The translations under genes were made by a program, and so were the position numbers. A DNA stretch of 64,000 nt from Candidatus Bathyarchaeia archaeon (GTDB taxonomy: Archaea > Thermoproteota > CALKCG01 > B24). The stretch is from NCBI GenBank assembly GCA_038870975.1, contig JAVZJD010000002.1, positions 224,001 to 288,000 on the forward strand. The letters are read 5' to 3'. The notes beneath the pieces were generated by a model. The model was not told the DNA's origin, made no database searches, and saw nothing but the letters and a program-made list of their open reading frames with translations. Shown piece by piece: positions 31,378-41,752 of the stretch (the first letter of the stretch is position 1; every line of letters begins with the position of its first letter).

Positions 31378-32443
31378 TGTAATGGTTGTAGGGGCTACTG
31401 GAGTCGTTGGTCAACAGTTTCTAGTAGCTCTAGCAAACCACCCGTGGTTTAATGTGGTTAAACTCGCGGCTTCACAGAGATCTGCTGGTAAAAAATACAT
31501 AGATGCTATCAGAGATGAATCTACAGGCTCCATTAGATGGTATTGTGATGAACCTTTACCAGAGCAGTTTGAAGACCTAGTAGTTGAAGCCTTTGAAGAG
31601 AGCATGTTAAAGGATGTAGACATCGTATTCTCAGCTGTAGAGTCGGATATAGCTAGGGAAATTGAGCCAAAAATAGCTAGTAGAAAACCCGTGATAAGTA
31701 CAGCCTCTGCATTTAGGTATGAGGAAGACGTCCCTCTTATGATCCCAGGTATAAACGATGAACATGCTACCCTAATAGAAGAGCAGAAACGTAGGAGGAA
31801 TTGGAGCGGGTTTATAGCTCCAATACCTAACTGTACTACAACAGGTCTAGCTATAACACTCAAACCGATAATGGATAGGTTTGGGATTAAACTCGTTTTA
31901 ATGACCTCTATGCAAGCTCTTTCAGGGGCGGGAAGATCCCCCGGTGTCATAGGGTTGGATATTCTGGACAACATCATTCCCTACATACCTAGAGAGGAGG
32001 AGAAGGTTCAGACGGAAGTTTTAAAGATATTGGGTAAGTTCAATGGGAAGACCATTCAGTACGCAGATTTCAAAGTGAGTTGTACATGTACAAGGGTTAA
32101 CGTAAGAGATGGGCATACTGAAAGCGTCTTCCTCTCGTTAAAGGAGAAGACTACTGTTGAAGAATTTAAGAAGACTTTGAAGGAATTTAAAGGCTGCTCA
32201 GATATGGGGTTGCCCTCTGCTCCTAAGAGAATGATAGTGATTCACGATGACCCATATAGACCTCAACCTAGACTTGATAGGAATTTGGAAAATGGAATGG
32301 CTACAGTTGTTGGAAGAATTAGAGAAGACCCGGCTTTAGAAAATGGCATAAAGTACATTCTCCTGTCTCATAATACAAAAATGGGGGCTGCGAAGGGGGC
32401 AGTCCTCTTAGCCGAGTTACTGTATAAGAGGGGATTTATATGA
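31364..32443 (+). CDS. asd: Aspartate-semialdehyde dehydrogenase
   Basis: GATGVVGQ, PNCTT, QALSGAG, SHNTKMGAA. Confidence 0.95.
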   Translation: MGMINVMVVGATGVVGQQFLVALANHPWFNVVKLAASQRSAGKKYIDAIRDESTGSIRWYCDEPLPEQFEDLVVEAFEESMLKDVDIVFSAVESDIAREIEPKIASRKPVISTASAFRYEEDVPLMIPGINDEHATLIEEQKRRRNWSGFIAPIPNCTTTGLAITLKPIMDRFGIKLVLMTSMQALSGAGRSPGVIGLDILDNIIPYIPREEEKVQTEVLKILGKFNGKTIQYADFKVSCTCTRVNVRDGHTESVFLSLKEKTTVEEFKKTLKEFKGCSDMGLPSAPKRMIVIHDDPYRPQPRLDRNLENGMATVVGRIREDPALENGIKYILLSHNTKMGAAKGAVLLAELLYKRGFI

Positions 32444-32463
32444 CGATAACGGAGGTGAGTTAA

Positions 32464-33249
32464 ATGAATGGTAAAATTAGAAGATTGTCTAGAATTTTTA
32501 GAAGCGATGAAAAAACTGTGATAATCCCAATGGATCATGGTGTGACACTTGGGCCTATTACCGGCATTGAAAACATTTCTAAGATAGTTGAAAAGCTTAG
32601 AAAGGGAGGGGCTGATGCTATACTCGTCCATAAGGGATGGGCAAGGCTTATAGATACTAGAGGAATGTCGCTAATTCTCCATATATCGGCGAGTACAAGA
32701 CTCGGACCTGACCCAGATTGGAAAGTAGTAGTGGCTTCTGTAGAGGAGGCGGTGGCTCTAGGTGCAGATGGAGTCTCTATACATGTAAACATTGGATGTG
32801 AAAGAGAGCCTGAAATGCTTAGTTTACTGGGTGCAGTTTCCGAGTCCTGTGAAGATTGGGGTATGCCCCTCTTAGTCATGGCATATCCTAGAGGCCCGAA
32901 GATAACAAATCAACACGATCCAGAGCTTGTATCGCATGCAGCTAGAGTAGCAGCTGAGTTGGGAGCAGACGTGGTTAAGACAAACTATACAGGTAGTGGT
33001 GAAAGCTTTAAGAAGGTTGTTGAAGGCTGTCCTGTTCCAGTTGTAATAGCAGGTGGGCCTAAAGTGAATTCGGATAGGGAGTTGCTTGAAATGATTAAAG
33101 CTTCCGTAAATTCTGGTGGAGCTGGCGTTTCCATAGGCAGAAACGTCTTTCAACATCGAAAACCGGAGCTTATAACTAAGGCAATAGTCGGTATTGTCCA
33201 CGATGGATTGAGTGTTGAAGATGCTTTGAAAATACTATGCGGCGGTTAG
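32464..33249 (+). CDS. aroA': 2-amino-3,7-dideoxy-D-threo-hept-6-ulosonate (ADH) synthase, class I aldolase
   Basis: PMDHG, MAYPRG, ADVVKTNY, GRNVFQ; next to DHQ synthase II. Confidence 0.88.
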   Translation: MNGKIRRLSRIFRSDEKTVIIPMDHGVTLGPITGIENISKIVEKLRKGGADAILVHKGWARLIDTRGMSLILHISASTRLGPDPDWKVVVASVEEAVALGADGVSIHVNIGCEREPEMLSLLGAVSESCEDWGMPLLVMAYPRGPKITNQHDPELVSHAARVAAELGADVVKTNYTGSGESFKKVVEGCPVPVVIAGGPKVNSDRELLEMIKASVNSGGAGVSIGRNVFQHRKPELITKAIVGIVHDGLSVEDALKILCGG

Positions 33250-33252
33250 AAC

Positions 33253-34296
33253 TTGAACAGGGAACTTTGGGTTAAGTTAAGGGAAGAAGGGAAGAACTTA
33301 AAAGAATTCGTAAATGAGGTTAAACCGTTTGTCGACTTTTTCTTAGTCTCTGATTGGAGACGGATATTTGAAGACAGGCCGTCTGATATTAAATTGGTTT
33401 CCAAGTCTGGAGGAGACTTAAGACTTGTAGACAGCTTAGATGAAGCCTCACCAGAAACATGTCTAGCAATAGAGGTATCTAGCGGAGAAGATGAAAGGAA
33501 GATAATCGAGGGGTCGGATAGAGGGTGTCGCTATGTAGTCGTGAAATGTCTAAACTGGAAGATAATACCTTTAGAGAATATAGTGGCTAAATTACATGGA
33601 AGGACGAAGATCATTGCCGAAGCTTCAAGTATAGAGGAGGCTGAAACTTTAATCAACATACTAGAGTTAGGAGTAGACGGTGTTCTGGTTGAAACTACAA
33701 ATTCAGAAGACGTTAAAAGGCTAAGGGAAATCTTGAATAAAGGGGCAAACCGGATAGAGTTAAAAAGTGTAAAAGTCGTTTCTATTAAACCAGTCAGACT
33801 TGGAGCAAGAGCGTGCTTAGATACATGCGACATTTTAAGTGAGGGAGAAGGTGTCCTCGTAGGATGTCAATCTTCAGGGCTTTTTCTAATAGAGGCAGAA
33901 GTTCATGGAAATCCATACGTAGAAGCCAGACCGTTCAGGGTTAATGCAGGTCCAACGGCACTATACATTCTGACCCCTGGAGGGAAGACTAGATATTTAT
34001 CTGAGCTTAAAGCTGGAGACACAGTTTTAGTCGTTAAGAGGGATGGGACTTTTAGAGAAGTTGAACTCTGCAGAGTTAAGATAGAGTGGAGACCTATGAA
34101 ACTAGTTGAAGCCCAATATGATAACAAGCTCTATAAGACCGTGGTACAAGATGCTGAAACCGTAAGATTTGTAACAAGCACTGGGTCTAAATCTATCACT
34201 GAACTTAAAATTGGTGATGAAGTCCTCCTTCACATTCAAGAAGGAGGAAGACATTTCGGAACACTTGTAAAATCTGAAAGAATTATTGAGAGATGA
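33253..34296 (+). CDS. aroB': 3-dehydroquinate synthase II
   Basis: WKIIPLEN, RPFRVNAG, TRYLSEL, GRHFG. Confidence 0.93.
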   Translation: MNRELWVKLREEGKNLKEFVNEVKPFVDFFLVSDWRRIFEDRPSDIKLVSKSGGDLRLVDSLDEASPETCLAIEVSSGEDERKIIEGSDRGCRYVVVKCLNWKIIPLENIVAKLHGRTKIIAEASSIEEAETLINILELGVDGVLVETTNSEDVKRLREILNKGANRIELKSVKVVSIKPVRLGARACLDTCDILSEGEGVLVGCQSSGLFLIEAEVHGNPYVEARPFRVNAGPTALYILTPGGKTRYLSELKAGDTVLVVKRDGTFREVELCRVKIEWRPMKLVEAQYDNKLYKTVVQDAETVRFVTSTGSKSITELKIGDEVLLHIQEGGRHFGTLVKSERIIER

Positions 34297-35008
34297 GATG
34301 TCGAATTTGATTGAAAAATACAGGATATGCACACCTTTAAAGGCTCGAGATACACGTAGCGCTCTTAAAATGCTCGTAGAGGCCGAAGAGCTTATGGTCG
34401 ATTTCGTAGAAATCCGGATGGATTACATGAAAGAGTTAATTAATCTATCAGATGTTGTAGAATCAACTAAGATCCCGCTTATAGCAACACTAAGGCCAAG
34501 AAGGCAGGGAGGTGTTTTCGATGGTAAAGAGGAAGATAGAATTAACATGTTGAAAAAAGCAGTTGACGCTGGTTTTAGCTTCGTAGATTTAGAGCTGGAT
34601 ACCTACGGATTAGGTAAAATAGTTGAAGAATTTAAGAAGACAGGTGTAAAACTCATAATTTCTCACCATGACCTCGTCCGCACTCCAGCAATTTTAGAGC
34701 TCAAATGGCTTCTCTCGAGGGAATTAAGCTATGAGCCAGATGTCTGTAAAGTGATAACTCACGCTAACAGTTTACAGGACAATATTACCTGCTTATCATT
34801 CCTATCTGAATGCCGTAGGAGCTTGAAGCTCGTCTGCTTCGCCATGGGTAGATTGGGGTTGATATCTCGGGTTTTAAGTCCATTATACGGTGGATTCTTC
34901 ACTTTTGCCTCTCTGAGAAAGGGCCTAGAAACAGCTCCAGGTCAACCTACAGTTGAGGAGTTAAGGAAAATAGTGAAATCTATAGGGGCGGTAGATTTTG
35001 AAGATTGA
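34286..35008 (+). CDS. aroD: Type I 3-dehydroquinate dehydratase
   Basis: EIRMD, GG, ISHH, MG..G.ISR, APGQ. Confidence 0.92.
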   Translation: MRDEMSNLIEKYRICTPLKARDTRSALKMLVEAEELMVDFVEIRMDYMKELINLSDVVESTKIPLIATLRPRRQGGVFDGKEEDRINMLKKAVDAGFSFVDLELDTYGLGKIVEEFKKTGVKLIISHHDLVRTPAILELKWLLSRELSYEPDVCKVITHANSLQDNITCLSFLSECRRSLKLVCFAMGRLGLISRVLSPLYGGFFTFASLRKGLETAPGQPTVEELRKIVKSIGAVDFED

Positions 35009-35870
35009 CGGTAAAACAGGGCTTCTATGTCTCATAGGGGATCCTGTTGAACACTCTCTAAGCCCTTTAATTCACAATACTGGTTTAAGAGCCCTAGGTT
35101 TAAACTATGTCTACATGGCATTTAAAGTATCTAGAGATAAGCTCAGCCAAGTCGTGGAAGCTTTTAAGGCCATACATGTTAAGGGTTTTAACGTAACGAT
35201 GCCTTTGAAGAGAGACATACTGCACTATTTGGATGAAGTAGACTCTAAAGCATTGAAAATAGGAGCTGTTAATACTGTTTTGAACGAGTCTGGGAAGTTT
35301 GTTGGATTTAACACTGATAGTATAGGAGCTGTTAAAGCTTTGGAGAAAAATGGAGTTAGAATCGATGGTAGTTACATAGTTCTACTTGGAGCGGGTGGTA
35401 CAGGTAGAGCAATAGCGTATGCTTTAATGGAGAGAGAGTGCAACATAGTCATCCTTAATAGAACAATTGAAAAATCTAAGATGTTGGCAATGGAAGTTTC
35501 AAATGGATCTGCTAGAGTTGAATGGGGGCCTTTAACAGAAAATTCTTTAAAAGCTCATCTTTTAAAAGCAGACGTCATTATAAACTCTACGTCCGTCGGA
35601 ATGAAGCCTATGGATAATGAAACACTTATTCCAAAAAACATGTTAAGAAACGGACTTACGGTTTTCGACGTCGTCTACGATCCCCTCGAAACAAGACTTC
35701 TAAGAGAGGCTAGAGAAGTAGGTGCTCAAACGATAGACGGGTTGGAAATGCTCTTGAATCAAGGTTTAGAGTCCTTCAAAATATGGTTTGGAATGTACCC
35801 TCCGATCGACCCGATTAAGAATGTTCTGGATGAGGTTAGAAGGGGATATTTTGAGCGAGGGCAAGGCTAA
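34998..35870 (+). CDS. aroE: Shikimate dehydrogenase
   Basis: HSLSP, NVTMPLK, GAVNT, NTD, GAGG. Confidence 0.95.
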   Translation: MKIDGKTGLLCLIGDPVEHSLSPLIHNTGLRALGLNYVYMAFKVSRDKLSQVVEAFKAIHVKGFNVTMPLKRDILHYLDEVDSKALKIGAVNTVLNESGKFVGFNTDSIGAVKALEKNGVRIDGSYIVLLGAGGTGRAIAYALMERECNIVILNRTIEKSKMLAMEVSNGSARVEWGPLTENSLKAHLLKADVIINSTSVGMKPMDNETLIPKNMLRNGLTVFDVVYDPLETRLLREAREVGAQTIDGLEMLLNQGLESFKIWFGMYPPIDPIKNVLDEVRRGYFERGQG

Positions 35871-36720
35871 AGCTTATGGTGCTATTACAGTTGTCAATGC
35901 ATTGGCTACGGGTAGAGGCTCAGCTTTAGGCATAGGACTTTGGACTGAGGCGACGGTTAAACTTACGGATAAACCAGGGGTCATAGATGGAATCATATTA
36001 TCGGATCCCGGAGAGGATAAAACACTCATGAAAAAATGCGCTTTAAAAGTTTTAAAGAGGTTTAACGTTGACCATGTCTACGGAGCTCATGTTGAAACAA
36101 GGTCGAATATACCGATAGCTAGGGGGTTGAAAAGCAGCAGTGTAGCTTCTATTGCCATAGTCTTAGCGATTCTTAATGCTCTAAATGAAAAATTACCCGA
36201 TGAAGAAGTGCTTAAATTAAGCGTTGAAGCCAGTATCGAAGCAGGTGTTACGGTTACAGGAGCATTAGATGATGCATCAGCCTCGTACCTGGGAGGAGTA
36301 GTAGTTACAGATAATAGGGCTTTAAAGATGTTGAAATGGTTTAAAATCGACGAAGACATAAAAGTTCTAATACACGTTCCAAAATTCAAAAGATACACGA
36401 CTAAAGTAGACATATCTAGGCTTAAACTAATGGCTGAAGAATTGGACGTGGCTTTTAAGGAAGTCATGGATGAAAGGTGGAGAACCGCGATGGTATTAAA
36501 CGGCTTAATATGTTGTTCAGCTCTAGGCTATAGTTTTGAACCGATTTTAAGTGCTTTAGAGGCTGGTGCATTAGCCTCTGGATTGTCGGGCAAAGGTCCA
36601 GCTATCGTTGCATTAGCTTATCAAGACTCCATAGATGCTATAAGGAGTGTTTGGAGCAAATTGGATGGTGAATTGATAGAAACATCCGTCAACAATAGGA
36701 AGGCTCAAATGTTGAGGTGA
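35851..36720 (+). CDS. aroK: Archaeal shikimate kinase (GHMP family)
   Basis: GAITVVNA, PIARGLKSSS, TGALDD, SGKGP; TTG start inferred. Confidence 0.92.
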   Translation: MSEGKAKAYGAITVVNALATGRGSALGIGLWTEATVKLTDKPGVIDGIILSDPGEDKTLMKKCALKVLKRFNVDHVYGAHVETRSNIPIARGLKSSSVASIAIVLAILNALNEKLPDEEVLKLSVEASIEAGVTVTGALDDASASYLGGVVVTDNRALKMLKWFKIDEDIKVLIHVPKFKRYTTKVDISRLKLMAEELDVAFKEVMDERWRTAMVLNGLICCSALGYSFEPILSALEAGALASGLSGKGPAIVALAYQDSIDAIRSVWSKLDGELIETSVNNRKAQMLR

Positions 36721-36726
36721 AGGCCA

Positions 36727-38019
36727 CTGATAGCAGTTGTAAGAAAAAGTTCTGTCGAAGGCGTTGTAAATGCTCCGCCGTCGAAATCTCAAACGCATAG
36801 GTTTTATATCGCAGCTATGCTATCTCCTGGGGAGAGTATTGTCGAACAACCCTCCATATGTTTGGACACAAAGGCTACTTTAAATGCCATTAGGCTTATG
36901 GGATGCACGGTTTCAGTAGGAAAATCCGTTGTAAGAATACTAAGCGATGGTACACCTAAACCTCCTAAAGACATCGTAAACTGCCACGGCTCAGGAACAA
37001 CCTTGAGAATTCTTACAGCAGTATCTTCCATAGCACCTGGAATAACCGTTCTAACTGGTAATAAGTCTCTGAAGAGGAGGCCGATGCTTCCTCTACTTAA
37101 TGCTCTTGACATGTTAGGTGTAAAATGCTACTCTGCTACCGGAGGAAGACCACCCATAATTATTATAGGTGGAACTATTAGAGCTGGTTGCGTAGAAATC
37201 GGCGGCGATTTAAGTTCCCAATACATATCGGGCTTATTGTTTACACTTGCTAAAGTCGACGGAAAATCTACCATCAGATTAACGACTCCGCTTGTGTCAA
37301 AACCTTACGTTGATATGACTATTGAAGTATTACGTATGTGTGGTGTCGATGTCTATGTTTCCGAAGATTATAGACTTTTTGAGCTAAACGGCCCCTCTAT
37401 TTTTAAACCATTTAGAAGCACGATCGAAGGAGATTACTCATCGGCTGCCGCTTTCATTGTAGCAGCTACTATCTCTGGTGGAAGGGTGAGAATAAACAAC
37501 CTTAGAATGGATAGTCTTCAGGCGGATAAAGTCATATTAGATGTTGTAAAATCAGTTGGATGCCGTGTGGAAAGTGGGGAGAAGTACGTGACTATTGAAG
37601 GCGCCTCAGATGGTTTAGAGCCTTTTGAATTCGATGCCGCAAATAGCCCAGACTTGGTGCCTCTACTTGCGGTTTTAGCATCGTCATGTAAAGGCGTATC
37701 GGTGATTAAAAGCATTTCAAGACTGAGGTTTAAAGAATCTGATAGAGTTTCAGCTTTGACTTCCCAACTATCTAAAATGGGTGTGAAGATTGAGATACAT
37801 GAAGACCATTTGAAGGTCTACGGCTCCCAGAAAATTAAAGGTGCTGTCATAAATCCATATGGTGATCATAGAATAGCAATGGCCTGTGCAGTAATGGCTT
37901 TGAAAGCAGAGGGAGAAACTGTTATAAAAGACGCGCTATGTGTGAAAAAATCCTACCCCGATTTTTTCACAGAATTGGCTAAAATCGGAGCGCGGCTAGA
38001 GCTAAGGAAAAGTCTATGA
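36727..38019 (+). CDS. aroA: EPSP synthase; start inferred at CTG 36727
   Basis: APPSKSQTHR lies upstream of first ATG (36817); SGTTLR, SSQYIS, KESDR, DHRIAM, KSYP. Confidence 0.9.
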   Translation: MIAVVRKSSVEGVVNAPPSKSQTHRFYIAAMLSPGESIVEQPSICLDTKATLNAIRLMGCTVSVGKSVVRILSDGTPKPPKDIVNCHGSGTTLRILTAVSSIAPGITVLTGNKSLKRRPMLPLLNALDMLGVKCYSATGGRPPIIIIGGTIRAGCVEIGGDLSSQYISGLLFTLAKVDGKSTIRLTTPLVSKPYVDMTIEVLRMCGVDVYVSEDYRLFELNGPSIFKPFRSTIEGDYSSAAAFIVAATISGGRVRINNLRMDSLQADKVILDVVKSVGCRVESGEKYVTIEGASDGLEPFEFDAANSPDLVPLLAVLASSCKGVSVIKSISRLRFKESDRVSALTSQLSKMGVKIEIHEDHLKVYGSQKIKGAVINPYGDHRIAMACAVMALKAEGETVIKDALCVKKSYPDFFTELAKIGARLELRKSL

Positions 38020-38036
38020 AGGTCGTAGGTCGATTA

Positions 38037-38789
38037 TTAACTTGCTGAAGCTATTATGGAAATGGGGTCTTTTCCAACACCTTTAAGCGTAGATACAAAG
38101 GCCTTCAGTAGAGAATTTAGAACGGTAGCTGGATATGGGGAGAGGTCTATTTTAGACCAGTTTACATATAGCTTGGCTGGAGGGTTTTCGATAACACATT
38201 TCCCGAACTCAGCTTCACCTCTGATTAATCTCTCAGCGTATTCGCTACATGTGATGCAGCCGCATCTTCTACAATTCAATTTGGGAAAATTTAATGCATA
38301 TTCTTCAACGATTAATTGAAAGATCTCATTCATGAGGTTCCCACTATCCATACTAGAGAAACGGGCGTGTGGGTAGAGTTTAGAGGCCGCGTTTTTAACG
38401 GCTTCATGTCCAACAACCATTTTCACAAGGGATTTATCTAAATCTATGTTGAGATGCTCTTCTTTTAGAGCTACTAAAATCTTAGGATATGGAGAACTTT
38501 TAAACCCTTCGTAAAGGATTATATGTGGATTTAAGATGTCAAGAAGTGCTTCTAGATTAGAAGACGATTTGAACATTAGAACATTATCATATGGTGATTG
38601 GTAGACTACCGCTAGAGGCTCTGAGTTTAAAATTCTAGCTGTATTTTTCACGGTTAAGTCCAGCCTTTCATGAGAGTGTTTGACGACGATCACTCTAAGT
38701 TTTCTCGAGGATAACATTCTAACTATGGAAGATAACAGTCTGGTTTTACCTGTTTTCTTAAAGCCTACTATACATATTTTTAAAGCCAT
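38037..38789 (-). CDS. mobB: Molybdopterin-guanine dinucleotide biosynthesis protein B with Fe-S domain
   Basis: GFKKTGKT, VKH, YEGFK, NCRRCGCITC. Confidence 0.8.
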   Translation of the reverse strand: MALKICIVGFKKTGKTRLLSSIVRMLSSRKLRVIVVKHSHERLDLTVKNTARILNSEPLAVVYQSPYDNVLMFKSSSNLEALLDILNPHIILYEGFKSSPYPKILVALKEEHLNIDLDKSLVKMVVGHEAVKNAASKLYPHARFSSMDSGNLMNEIFQLIVEEYALNFPKLNCRRCGCITCSEYAERLIRGEAEFGKCVIENPPAKLYVNWSKIDLSPYPATVLNSLLKAFVSTLKGVGKDPISIIASAS

Positions 38790-38818
38790 TGTAGATCCAA
38801 GGTGATTAAATAGAAAGC

Positions 38819-39457
38819 TTAACCAGTAGACTCCTCGACTTTAGCTTCAAAGTCTTCAGGCTTAAGTGGAGGCTCTCCGTCTTTGGGAATTGCTCCTTTA
38901 GCCTTTAGGAATTCTCTAGCCAATAGCCAGAAGACCATTGCTAAAGCTTTTCTACCTTTATTATTCACTGGTATGGCTAAATCAATGTTTTTAAGCAGGT
39001 TGTCACTGTCACATAATGCTACAACTGGGATTCCAATCATCGATGCTTCTCTGACGGCTTGCTCGTCCGCATTCGGATCTGAAACTAGTAAAACCTCAGG
39101 CTCCATATAGTATTTTAAAGATGGGTTTGTGAAGATGCCCGGTAGAAATCTTCCAACAAGAGGGGTTGCATGTGTAAGCTCACAAAACTTTAGGATAGGC
39201 ATTCTAGCGTACAGTTTTGTCGAGGCAACGACTATCTTCTCAGGGGGTTCAAATCTAGCGAGAAAGTTAGCCGCCAGTTTGATTCTTTCACACGCTTTGG
39301 CGATGTCTAGAACGCATAATCCGTCTGGTCTGATTTTGAAAATGAAAGGCTTCATGTGTCCAGTTTTAATTCTAGTCCCTATTTGAATTCCATATGGCAG
39401 TAATGTTTCAAGGGGTAGTAGAAGGTCTTCTTTTGATTCATATTCGTCAGACATCAC
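38819..39457 (-). CDS. rps2: 30S ribosomal protein uS2
   Basis: GIQIGT, GRFLPGIFTNP, PVNNKG. Confidence 0.95.
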   Translation of the reverse strand: MMSDEYESKEDLLLPLETLLPYGIQIGTRIKTGHMKPFIFKIRPDGLCVLDIAKACERIKLAANFLARFEPPEKIVVASTKLYARMPILKFCELTHATPLVGRFLPGIFTNPSLKYYMEPEVLLVSDPNADEQAVREASMIGIPVVALCDSDNLLKNIDLAIPVNNKGRKALAMVFWLLAREFLKAKGAIPKDGEPPLKPEDFEAKVEESTG

Positions 39458-40710
39458 TTTACACCAATCCCGTGCATGGACGCTTGACTTCCCATATGCT
39501 CTTCAATTCTTAGAAATTCGTTTATTTTAGCTATTCTCTCTCCACCTAATACGCCTATCTTAACTATGGGGCAATTGAAGGCTACCGCCAGATGGGCTAA
39601 ATGTCCATCTACAGTTTCACCAGATCTATGTGAGAAAACCGCCACATATCCATTTTTCTGCGCTAACTTTGTAGCTTCATACGCATCTGTTATTGTACCT
39701 ATCTGATTAGGCTTTATTATAACCGCGTTTCCCGCAGAGGTTTCTATACCTTTTCTAAGCCTTTCCACGTTTGTAACGAAGATATCATCTCCGCAAATCA
39801 TACATCGATCTCCAGCCTTCTTAGTGAGCTCCTTAAAACCTTCAAAATCTTCCTCATGCAGAGGGTCTTCAACGTAAATCAGCTTATACCTATCTATACA
39901 ATCAAGGATGTATTCCATTTGCTCACCCTTGTCAAGAGGCTTACCATACTTATACATATACTTACCTTTTTCTTCATCCCAGAATGAGGACGCCGCAACG
40001 TCAACGCCAAATCTTATCTCAAACCCGAGTTTTTCCGATGCACGTTTAACAGATTCTGCTATGACTTCAAATGCCTCGTTGTTGCTCATCTTAGGTGCCC
40101 AAGCGCCTTCATCACCTCTTCCTCCAAAGAACGGAATATTTCTCTCTTCTAGAACCCTCCGCAGAGTTCTATGGACTTCACGATTGCCGATGTACGCTTC
40201 TGCAAATTTCTTAGCTCCCACTGAAAGTATAAGGTATTCCTGGATATCTGGGCATTCTCCACCAGCATGTTTCCCCCCACCCAATACATTCCCCAATGGA
40301 TATGGAAGGCTTTTAATCATTGTACCGCCTAAATGCCTATACAGCGGTATTCCAAGGCTTTTTGAAGCTGCATCAGCCACCGCTAAAGATATAGCATATG
40401 CCGTATTCCCACCTATTTTTGAGAAGTTGTGTGTTCCATCTATCTCTCTCAAAGCCTTATCGACATTCACTTGGTCTGCTGAGTCGAATCCTATTAGTCT
40501 TGGTTTGACTGTAACGAGCACTCTTTTTACAGCTTCCTCCACTCCTCCCTCGGGGTATGATACTGCCTCCCATTTACCCTTACTCGCTCCTGCTGGTGCC
40601 GATGCTCTACCCAATGCTTTACGAGTATAAACTTCAACTTCTATTGTTTCCGATCCTCTACTGTCGAAAATCCTCCTTGCCCTCAAATCCACAATACATG
40701 TTTCACTCAA
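39454..40710 (-). CDS. eno: Enolase
   Basis: DSRG, GDEG, EDP, KPNQIGT, SHRSGET. Confidence 0.95.
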   Translation of the reverse strand: MSETCIVDLRARRIFDSRGSETIEVEVYTRKALGRASAPAGASKGKWEAVSYPEGGVEEAVKRVLVTVKPRLIGFDSADQVNVDKALREIDGTHNFSKIGGNTAYAISLAVADAASKSLGIPLYRHLGGTMIKSLPYPLGNVLGGGKHAGGECPDIQEYLILSVGAKKFAEAYIGNREVHRTLRRVLEERNIPFFGGRGDEGAWAPKMSNNEAFEVIAESVKRASEKLGFEIRFGVDVAASSFWDEEKGKYMYKYGKPLDKGEQMEYILDCIDRYKLIYVEDPLHEEDFEGFKELTKKAGDRCMICGDDIFVTNVERLRKGIETSAGNAVIIKPNQIGTITDAYEATKLAQKNGYVAVFSHRSGETVDGHLAHLAVAFNCPIVKIGVLGGERIAKINEFLRIEEHMGSQASMHGIGVK

Positions 40711-40925
40711 AGCTTACCACCCCTCCTAATCATGAAGTATTGGAGGACATCATCAATAACCTCGACGTGAGATATGAGCATGGACCTACAGCAATACCTC
40801 TTAATACCTAAATCGTCTAAAACTTTGCCTGGGTCCTCGCCAGCATTAACTCTACGTTTAAACTCTTCCCACTTATCACCTATAATCGACCCGCAGGTGA
40901 AGCATCTAACTGGAACAATCCCCAT
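40707..40925 (-). CDS. rpoN: RNA polymerase subunit N (Rpo10)
   Basis: PVRCFTCG...RYCCR. Confidence 0.95.
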   Translation of the reverse strand: MGIVPVRCFTCGSIIGDKWEEFKRRVNAGEDPGKVLDDLGIKRYCCRSMLISHVEVIDDVLQYFMIRRGGKL

Positions 40926-40983
40926 GAAACATCCCTTAAATCTCCAGATGAACCTGCTATTTAAATTTGACTTCAATTTGACA

Positions 40984-41752
40984 CTACTCTACTTTAAAGT
41001 TCCTCCTGAGATATTCTAAGGAGGATCTAGCGCTTTCAATAGAATCCATAGTTGGTATATCTGTCTCAACGACATACCATTCTACACCCGAGGATTCGCA
41101 TACCTCGACTACAGCTTTAAAGTCTATTATACCACGACCAAGTTCGATGAATCCTCTACTAACCTTATCCTTCATATCTTTAAGATGGATTAGAAAACAC
41201 CTGTTTTTAAGGGCTTTTATGACTTCGCAAGGGTCGTATCCCGCGTAGTAGATCCAGTAGACATCTGGTTGGAAGAAAACGTATGATGGGTCTGTGTTTT
41301 TAACAAGTATCTCATATATAGGAGCCCCCTTTGATCTTCTTCTCAAATTCTATAGCATGGTTATGCATACCAAATTTTAAACCGTAGCTTTCCGCATCTT
41401 TACCTATGGAGTTCATCTTCTTTGTAACTTCAATGCATGTGTTTAAATCGTCAATACGTCTTACATCGGGCTCTGAAACTAAGTATTTAAGTCCCAGTCT
41501 GCATGCATATTTGAAAACGACATCCCTTCTATCGGATTCTAGAATGTCGAAGCTGACGTGGGCTGAAACAGGTTTGAGACCGAGTTGGTCAAGTAGCTCT
41601 CTAAGCTCACCAACTTCTACTGTGGAAAACGGATGACCTGCAAACTCAACAGCTTTATACCCAGATTCTCTAACCATGCGGAGGGCAGTCTTATAATCCT
41701 TAGCAACCTTATCTCTTACAGTATAAAGTTGAAGCGCAACTTTCATATTCAA
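40984..41752 (-). pseudogene. Sugar phosphate isomerase/epimerase (xylose isomerase-like TIM barrel), frameshifted
   Basis: ORF1 ALQLYTVR..HNHAIEF and ORF2 QPDVYW..IHLKDM..GIIDF..VVETD join if one G is removed from the G5 run at 41325-41329. Confidence 0.75.

Noticed and set aside
36718-36720. Selenocysteine decoding of the in-frame TGA between aroK and aroA
   Set aside because: Linker position with no catalytic Cys equivalent, and no SECIS-like element recognised
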